From Octopus vulgaris (taxonomy: Eukaryota), in the NCBI GenBank assembly GCA_951406725.2, contig OX597816.1, positions 17,608,001-17,672,000 of the forward strand: a stretch of DNA of 64,000 bases, given 5' to 3'. Position 1 is the stretch's first letter; every line of letters starts with the position of its first letter. The notes beneath the pieces were generated by a model. The model was not told the origin of the DNA. It saw only the letters and a list, made by a program, of their open reading frames with translations, and made no database searches. Positions 55,613-64,000 of this stretch are shown piece by piece. The position numbers and the translations under genes are program-made.

Positions 55613-56209
55613 CGGAGCCACGCTCAATTATTACAACGTGATTTAATATGAACAAGAGCTGTGTATGGCGCAGAAAGGGTTCGATTGATAATATCTTTCG
55701 TTTGTGACATACATTTTATTATATCAAGCTCTAATTCCCAACACCTGATAACGGCAAATATTTCTCTTCTAGGTATTGTTATACTTTCTGTTGTAACGTA
55801 TAATCGGATAGATATAAATAAGATTTCATTTAAAATAAAATTGATTTAATTTCAACTAGATATAAATAATTTGTGTATAAACGACACGCGAAAGTAGGCC
55901 GCAGAAGCTGCTGTATTAAATCTTCTCTTAAGATGCTGACAAGTAGCAAGATATTAATTTAATCCTTTAGTATATTTATCACGACACACTTCAAATAAGA
56001 GATTGAGCTAATGAGGGAATGTCAGCGCGGATATATGACTTGCTGAAGAGAGCAGCCAAATCTCCATTAGATCATGCTGCATAATTAATGTGAAGGACAC
56101 AGCTTCAATGATTTTGAGTATAGAAGCGTTCAATCCTACATAGAGCTAAGCAACAAGGACGAGCAATGGCAACTCATGGAAGAAGAGATTTTAATGGCAA
56201 AACAAGAAG

Positions 56210-56795
56210 AGCCTTGGCTCTGTGGTAAGAAGTCTGCTTCCCAACCACATGGTTTTGGGTTCAATCTCACTGCGTAGCACTTTGGACAAGTGTCTTCTAA
56301 TATAGTTGCTTCTTTATTACCCACAAGCGGCTAAACATAGAGGGGACAAACAAGGACAGACAAGGGCATTAAGTCGATTACATCGACCCCAGTGCGTAAC
56401 TGGTACTTAATTTATCGACCCCGAAAGGATGGAAGGCAAAGTCGACCTCGGCGGAATTTGAACTCAGAACGTAACGGCAGACGAAATATGGCTACGCATT
56501 TCGCCCGGCGTGCCAACGATTGTGCCAGCTCACCGCCTTCAATGTCTTCAAATATATCCTCAGGTCCCGGCCAAAGCCTTGTAGGTGTATTTGGTTGACG
56601 GAAACTGAAAGAAGCCTTGATGTCCACCTGCTTCGCTTGCGGGTTTAGTAACTTGGCGGTGCGGTAAAAAAGGCCGATAAATTATGTACCAGGCTTTAAA
56701 AACGAATACAGGTGCCGCTTCGGACGGCTAGAAATTATTCAAGGTGGTGCCCCAGCATGGCCGAAAAGTAATGACTGAAACAAATGAAAGATAGA
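56210..56795 (+). mobile_element. SINE family B with nested antisense SINE A (56310-56540)
   Basis: Host split at the CORE motif; degenerate duplication tgtcttctaatata / tgtcttcaaatata on either side. Confidence 0.82.
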
Positions 56796-57514
56796 AGATA
56801 TAATTAACCAATTCTGTTTAATGTGACGGAGTTACAGATCATCTCTATAGAAAATAGTTCCTCGAGGTATAATAATTATTCTTAGATCGTACGTTTGAAT
56901 GGTGTTAGTCCAACGCGAGAAACAAAATTCAAATTCTTTTGAGAAAACGTTTGTCATATTTCTGTTAGTTGACGCTATGCCAGAGAATTATAAATGGTTA
57001 TGAAACATTGATTCCATTTTCAATAAAATTACATCCGTTATAGCCACTAATATCGACGTCGACATAATTGGTAGACGACTCAGTGCATTAATATTATAAT
57101 ATGATGTCCCATTTTATTTTTTCGCATTTTATTCTAAAGCATACCCTGGCGGGGCTAGTACATTTCTGTAAGCTTGTCAAGAGTCACTAAGTTAAGTCAA
57201 AGCCAGATGTTAAAATCATAAATCAATAGACTCTCTATAAATACATATATTTTTTTTCAATCAGAATCTATGGAAATATCTGCCAGTACTTCAAGTGTAC
57301 ACAACAATAGCAAATCATCACCGGGTGCAAATATCAATTCTGAAAATAATGAATATTCTTTGAGACACTCAATCGCATAATATCGTTATATTAGAAAATG
57401 TTTTGCAGTACTCAATAAGACGGCTCATGACGTGCAATCTCGTTGAGAATAAAAAAAACATAGTTTATACGTCCTAGGTTAATTATCAGGATCTTTATGT
57501 ATATCCTGACAGAT

Positions 57515-57667
57515 TTTTGGGACCAGCGTAGAGTAGTGATGATGGAGTTTCTGGCAAGGGGCACCACAATCAACGGGGTATTTTTTGCTACTCTGCTGCA
57601 GAAATTGTTGGACGCCATCAAAGCAGAGAGTCGTGGCATGCTCATCAAATGAGTCCGCCTCTTTCAG
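57515..57667 (+). pseudogene. mariner transposase internal fragment (different subfamily)
   Basis: FWDQRRVVMMEFLARGTTINGVFFATLLQKLLDAIKAESRGMLIK*VRLFQ. Confidence 0.75.
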
Positions 57668-57812
57668 ATTAAAGCGATGGAAGAAGTGTGTCACCAGTCC
57701 CGTGGTGGCTATGTGGAGTGGGATTAATAATAACGCGAAGTTTCGTTTATCCTAATCCTTGGGAAGTAGGTCAGGGGAAATCTTTAATGAACTTCCCTCG
57801 TGTGTTTGTATA

Positions 57813-59066
57813 TATTGGGTTGGCAAGAAAGTAATTTGTTTTTTTTAGAGCGAAATAAAAGTAATTGTTTTCATGCAAGAATGAACTCCAATCAATTATA
57901 TATTTTCCTATTTTTTCGATGAATTTTTGCCATCTTTCTGGCAACTTCATGATTCTGAGTTCATAGAACTTCTGGGCCTTATCAGCCAAAAACTGGAGCA
58001 AGTGTGGTTTCAGGTCGTCATAATTATTGAAAATTTTACCATTCAAAGAATTTTGCAAACTTCCAAACAAATGGTAATCAAATAGTGCAAGACCAGGGAT
58101 AAATGGTGGATTTGACATCACTTCTCAACCAAATTCCAATAATTTTTCATGTGTCAGCAAAGACATGTGTGATCTAGCGTTGTCATGGTGGAACATAGTT
58201 CCTTTACAATTTGCCAATTCTGGCCGTTTTTCTTTGATTACTTCGTCCAGTTTCATTAGTCGTTGACAGTAAACATCAGAATTGACCGTTTGGTTCCTTG
58301 GAAGCAGCTCAAAATACACCTTTGTAATCTCACCAAATTGACAGTATGAACTTTTTTTGATGCAATTCAGCTTTCGATGTGATTTGTGCTGGTTCATTAC
58401 GCTTGGACGTTCTCGATTGATATTAATATTGTAGACAATCCATTTTTCAGCACCAGTGATGATTCATTCCAAAACATGTCGATTTCATTACGTTTGAGAT
58501 GCATACCGCAAATATTGATTCGTTGTGTTAAGTGAATCTCTTTTAATTTAGGTGGAACTAAAATATCGAGCTTCTTAACGAGTCCAACACATTTTAAGTG
58601 ATTTTTCAATTGTAGTGTGTGATACATTTAACATCGCTGCAATCTCTCGCACAGTTATATGACAATCAGATTCAATTATGGCTTTGATTCGGTCATCGTC
58701 AACTTCAGAAGGTCGACTAGAACGTTAGTCATCTTTGACTGAAAAATCTCCAGAACAGAATTTTTTAAACCATTTCTGACATATGCGTTCTGTTAAGCAA
58801 TAAACACCATAAACTTCAAATATCTCTTTGTGGGTCGCAGCAGCTCTCTTGCCTTTGGAGAAATAAAACAGCAAAATTTGGCGAAAATGTTTGCTTTTGC
58901 ACTCCATGTAAAAAATTGACGCTGAACTAACAGCTGTGAACAAAATTACACGCAATTTACCTCTAAAGTAAACTAAAAGTAACGGCTATCAAATATTAAA
59001 AGGAAAAAATCGTAACATTGACAAAAGTCAATCAAGAAAAATCGCAACTCTATTTGCGAAATATAT
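57813..59066 (-). mobile_element. Near full-length decayed mariner (DD34D-type) transposon
   Basis: Fragments HFRQILLFYF..ERICQKWFKKFCSGDFSVKD, LVPPKL (WVPHEL), FHHDNARSH, PGLALFDYHLFGSLQN, KLPERWQK; TIR ta|tattgggttggcaagaaagtaatt; other TIR degenerate. Confidence 0.9.
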
Positions 59067-60132
59067 ATAGAAATATATATGAAAGAAGGTTTGAAAATGC
59101 AATTTTAAAGATGTCTGTTCACTTGACCGGTTTCACTTTTTTAGAAAATATTGTCAAAAGTAAAATGTAAAACTTTGTATAAGCTTTGTTGTGTTAAGTA
59201 CTGGTTGTCACAAAATATCAAAATACATATATACATACTTTGATAATAATAAGAATAATAAGAAAATTTATAATAAAAAAATTTTTCTACAGAGCAAATA
59301 TGAAATTTAAGAATGACTACTAAGACCAAAAAATAATCAATGATAATACTGATGGGTTATGTATAGGAACTGGTTACTGTATGCTATCGATTGAGGAAAG
59401 GTGTCTTTGGATGTTTTCATTCAGAACCACTAAAACAAGCGCGAAGCGGTCCATCATTACACTCTCCCTGAATATGTGATAGCAGAGAAGGACCGAATTT
59501 ACATTTTTATATATTTAATTACCACAGCTAAGACTCTCACACATACATACATGCATGCACACAACATACATGCATGCATGCATGCATACTTGCATACATA
59601 CATACATACATACATACATACATACATACATACATACATACATACATACATACATACATACGTACATCTGTGAGCGGAACAGTAAAAATATGCATGATTT
59701 TTCTCAATTTCCAAATGTGAATTCGTCTGTGTTAATTACATTCCAAAGTTGGAGCCTTGTATACTTTTTGGAAACCAGTTTCTTCTTCAGTGGAAGATTT
59801 ATAATAAAAAATAGAAGAGACATACATACAGACAGACACAGACACACACACAGACACACAGACGCACACACAAACACACACACAGACGCACACACACACA
59901 CATACACACACACACACACATATATCCACACACTTTGACACTTAGATAGGTTTCGGCCAGTATTGGTTCAGGCAATGCCAAATTTAATAGCACCACCTAG
60001 CGAATTAATTCCAATCAGGAATCGGACTACTCAAATAGAGAGTTATTGTTTAGGGAGATATATCCGGGTGTAGGAGGTTTATCCGGGATCTCTTGAAGGA
60101 ATTTGTACAATATGTATATTATTATTATCATT

Positions 60133-61058
60133 CAGTAGTTTTATTTTTATAGCGTGCTTTCACTTCACTACCGAGCACAGCTCTGTGTGCCTTGGGTATG
60201 TGCTGTGATTTGTTGTGATGCTCTGATGGTTACTGTATTGAAAGTGTTCTGCGTAGGATGTGTGCAGTGCCCAGTAGTGCAATTTTCTGTATGTTATATG
60301 TGTTTGTAAGTCCTGGTGTTTTGTTATGTATTTGTCTGAATATTTTTTTATCATGCCTAATGCACCTATTATGATAAGAATTGCTTCTGTTTTTAGATTC
60401 CACATTCTGGTTACCTCTATTTCCAGGTCTTTGTATTTTGAAAGTTTCTCCATTTCTTTTAGAGACACGTTGTCATCTGCCGGTATTGATACATCAATTA
60501 GAAAGCATTTTTTTCTTCATGATCTCTGACAAGTATATCTGATCTGTTGGCCTTAATTTCTCTATCTGTGTGTATCGGCATATTCCAGAGTATGGTTGCT
60601 TTCTCGTTTTCTGTGACCTTTTCTGGTGTGTGCCTATACCATCTATTTTCTGTTGTTATTCTATAATGTTGGCATAGCTTCCAGTGTATGTAGGTTCCAA
60701 CTCTGTCATGTCTGTGAATATATGCCTTCTTAGCCAGGACTGGGCAGCCAGAGATAATATGATTTATCGTTTCTTGTCCATCTCCACATATTCTGCAGTT
60801 ACTTGTTATATTTCTTTTCATTACATGTTTTTGGTAATTTCTGGTGGGGAGGCTTTGGTCTTGTGCTGCAATTAAGAATCCCTCTGTCTCTGCTTTGAGT
60901 CCTGAGCTTCTCAACCATTGCTGGGATTTTTCTTTGTCTCTTTCTTTTGCATTTAGTTTAGTCCATGAAGGGGCTTTTCTTGCTATCGTTTTATCATGGT
61001 TCTTTGCTGTTCTAGTTTTAGTTTGGATTTCATTTGTTTTATAGCTTTTGTTGTTTCT

Positions 61059-61090
<32 letters not shown>

Positions 61091-61145
61091 TTCTTCTTGT
61101 TCTTCTTCTTCTTCTTCTTCTTCTTCTTCTTCTTCTTTTTCTTCT

Positions 61146-61177
<32 letters not shown>

Positions 61178-62203
61178 TTCTTCTTCTTCTTCTTCATATT
61201 TATTAGGTGGTATGATTTCTTGTTAATACTTGTCAGCTTCCTTAAATACTGAGAACAGTTTTTTGTTTCGCTCGTGTTTTGCCGCTGTTTGTAACAGTTT
61301 CCTTTCTTCTGAAGTAGGTATTTTTGCAGTCCTATGGTGGTTATTTTATAGTAGTTTTCCCACTGTATAAGGCCTCTACCACCTTCTATACGTTGTATAT
61401 ATAGTCATTCTATGTCAGATTTTGGGTGATGCATCCTAGATCCTGTCATTATTTTTCTTGTTTTCCTATCTATTTTGGTCAGTTCATTTAGTGTCCAGTT
61501 AAGGATATTGTAGCTGTAACTTATAACTGGGACAGCTAAAGTGTTAATACCTATTATCTTGTTTTTAGCATTGAGCTCTGTTTTTAGTATTGATCTAACT
61601 CGTTTATAATATTCTTTTTTTATTTTCTCTTTCATTTGTGTGTGTTGTGTCTTATCTAGTTCATGGATTCCTAAGTATTTGTAAGTTTGGTTTTGGTCTA
61701 ATTCTTTTATTTCATCGGTTTTATCTAGTGCGATGTTGCTACGCTTAACTAGTTTTCCTCTTTTCAGGGTTACTTTGGCGCATTTTTCTAATCCAAATTT
61801 CATATATATTTCTTTGGTAAATCCATGAACTGTCTTTAATAGTGTTTCCAGCTGTTTGTCATTTGCAGCGTATAGTTTTTGGTCATCCATATATAAAAGG
61901 TGGCTGATCGTTTTGCCGTAACATTTATATCCGCATCCAGTTCTATTTAGCATATCAGATAGAGGTGACAGTGGCAAGCAGAAAAGGAGTGGAGAGAGCG
62001 TGTCTCCTTGGAATATTCCTCTTCTAATGGGGATGGCTTTGGTTTTCATGAGTCCCTCTTTTGTTTGGAGCCGTAGCACTGTTTGCCATTTATTCATAGA
62101 GTGTCCTATGAATTTTATAATTGTTGGTGCTACTTTGTTAATGGCTAGTGTTTCGAGGATCCATGTGTGGGGGATGCTATCAAACGCCTTTTTGTAGTCG
62201 ATC
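60133..62203 (-). mobile_element. 5'-truncated R4/Dong-like RLE LINE (family 1) flanked by (TAA)n
   Basis: IDYKKAFDSIPH, RGIFQGDTLSPLLF, HLLYMDD, CRICG..ETINHIISGC..RHDRV, RSDILV..IDVSIP..KEMEKLSKYKDL; several frameshifts and stops. Confidence 0.93.
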
Positions 62204-62204
62204 C

Positions 62205-62253
<49 letters not shown>

Positions 62254-62578
62254 GATATATTATTGTAGTTATTATTGTAAGAATAGACTTCCATAGACGC
62301 TTTATCTCCGTAACAAAGAAAGCTTTCTGATTTGTTTATAAATATTATATCTAGTATTAGACAGTTTAAGTATATATACCTAAAATTAGTTTGAGAATGA
62401 TAGGTGAGCGTTTGGCCCAATCGGATCCGCATGTAGCCGTGTAAGCGTTGATACGTGGGATCGGTTCTGGCTTGGGTTAGCTCATCATGTTTCAGTCAAT
62501 TTGTTTATATATAAAAGTCGATTTCAATGGAAGAATATATATATATATTATTACTATGGTATATTATCAAAGCTATTA

Positions 62579-62617
<39 letters not shown>

Positions 62618-62885
62618 TAATTAAGGGTAGAAATTGATATTTATCAATTAAAACCAGTGGTCTAGCATATTAAAAAAGAATCCGAAGATTAAAATATTTA
62701 TATATACCAATTAAGGACTGAACATGAAAAGTGGACAGTCAACATACTAGAAATAGACGTCAAATCGCCATTCTCCACAAAGATTATGTTCTCAAATCAA
62801 ATATATATATATTTAAGGTTGGTATATTTATACATACATATATACATTTATATAGCAATATGAATATATTTGTAAGTATGCATAT

Positions 62886-62933
<48 letters not shown>

Positions 62934-63374
62934 TCATACATATATATGCATATATATGCATATATACATATATATACGTACAAACAAAAGATGTTACATT
63001 ATTGATTACCTTACTGGTAAGTAAATCTTCGAATTTCGTTTTAGTTTACAGTACTTTAAATTGATGTATGTTTGTAGCATAAATAAGAAAAGACGTAACG
63101 TATTCATGCAAATATATGAGTTATGGCACCAATAACAGCTCGATTTTTCTTTTCCGTTTATATCCTATCTGTTTATGTCTAAAGTTTCTCACAGTAGAAA
63201 AATGTGTTTCTTGAAAGATGAACATATTCATTATACATACATACATACATACATACATACATACACACATACATACATACATACATACACACATACATAC
63301 ACATATATATGCATACATATGCATATATGTATCAGTATATATATATATATATATATACATTGTATATATGTATT

Positions 63375-63459
<85 letters not shown>

Positions 63460-63580
63460 TGTGAAAATATATACATATATATATATATGTATATAAAATT
63501 TATGTATATACGTGTATTTATATATGTAAATATATATATGTATATATCCGTATGTATATATCTATATATGGATGTCTATA

Positions 63581-63630
<50 letters not shown>

Positions 63631-63665
63631 CTTACGTATATGTATGTATAATGTGCCTGTGTGAG

Positions 63666-63710
<45 letters not shown>

Positions 63711-63780
63711 TCATATCTGTTTATCTAAATGTACATATGCATACATACATAGATACATACATATATATGTATATATACAT

Positions 63781-63862
<82 letters not shown>

Positions 63863-64000
63863 TTATATGTTCTCTTCTTCAGAACGAAAAACACACCAAA
63901 CTTGTCAGCACAGTCTGTATATGAACTGTTCAGATGCATATATTAATATTGCGAATAGAAGGATTATTTTCGTTTGAGAAGGGGAAATATTTGGCGTTTA

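Noticed and set aside
62400-62495. GC-richer segment with a box C-like atgatga on the minus strand
   Set aside because: No matching box D or terminal stem found

Overview
AT-rich, microsatellite-saturated eukaryotic DNA, intergenic or intronic. The tRNA-derived SINE families and the (TA)n/(TATC)n/(TAA)n load point to an octopus-type cephalopod genome (inference). No intact host gene is recognisable, and nearly all track ORFs are microsatellite artefacts. Supported content: four SINE families in many copies; three 3' copies of a Tx1/L1-clade LINE stacked in a (TATC)n array, plus a sister family; three R4/Dong-like RLE LINE families, each next to (TAA)n or (CAA)n; RTE, CR1/L2 and Penelope-like fragments; decayed mariners; MITEs; and several long palindromes. 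The most notable observations are four. (1) Retroelement clades partition by microsatellite type. (2) The commonest SINE carries the Tx1 LINE 3' tail and forms arrays with recurring junctions inside its own head. (3) Small (TA)n-embedded elements carry hammerhead-ribozyme cores and fold-back inversions. (4) A 690-bp foldback element has a telomere-like (CCCTAA) core. Family names come from motif recognition only, and boundaries are approximate.
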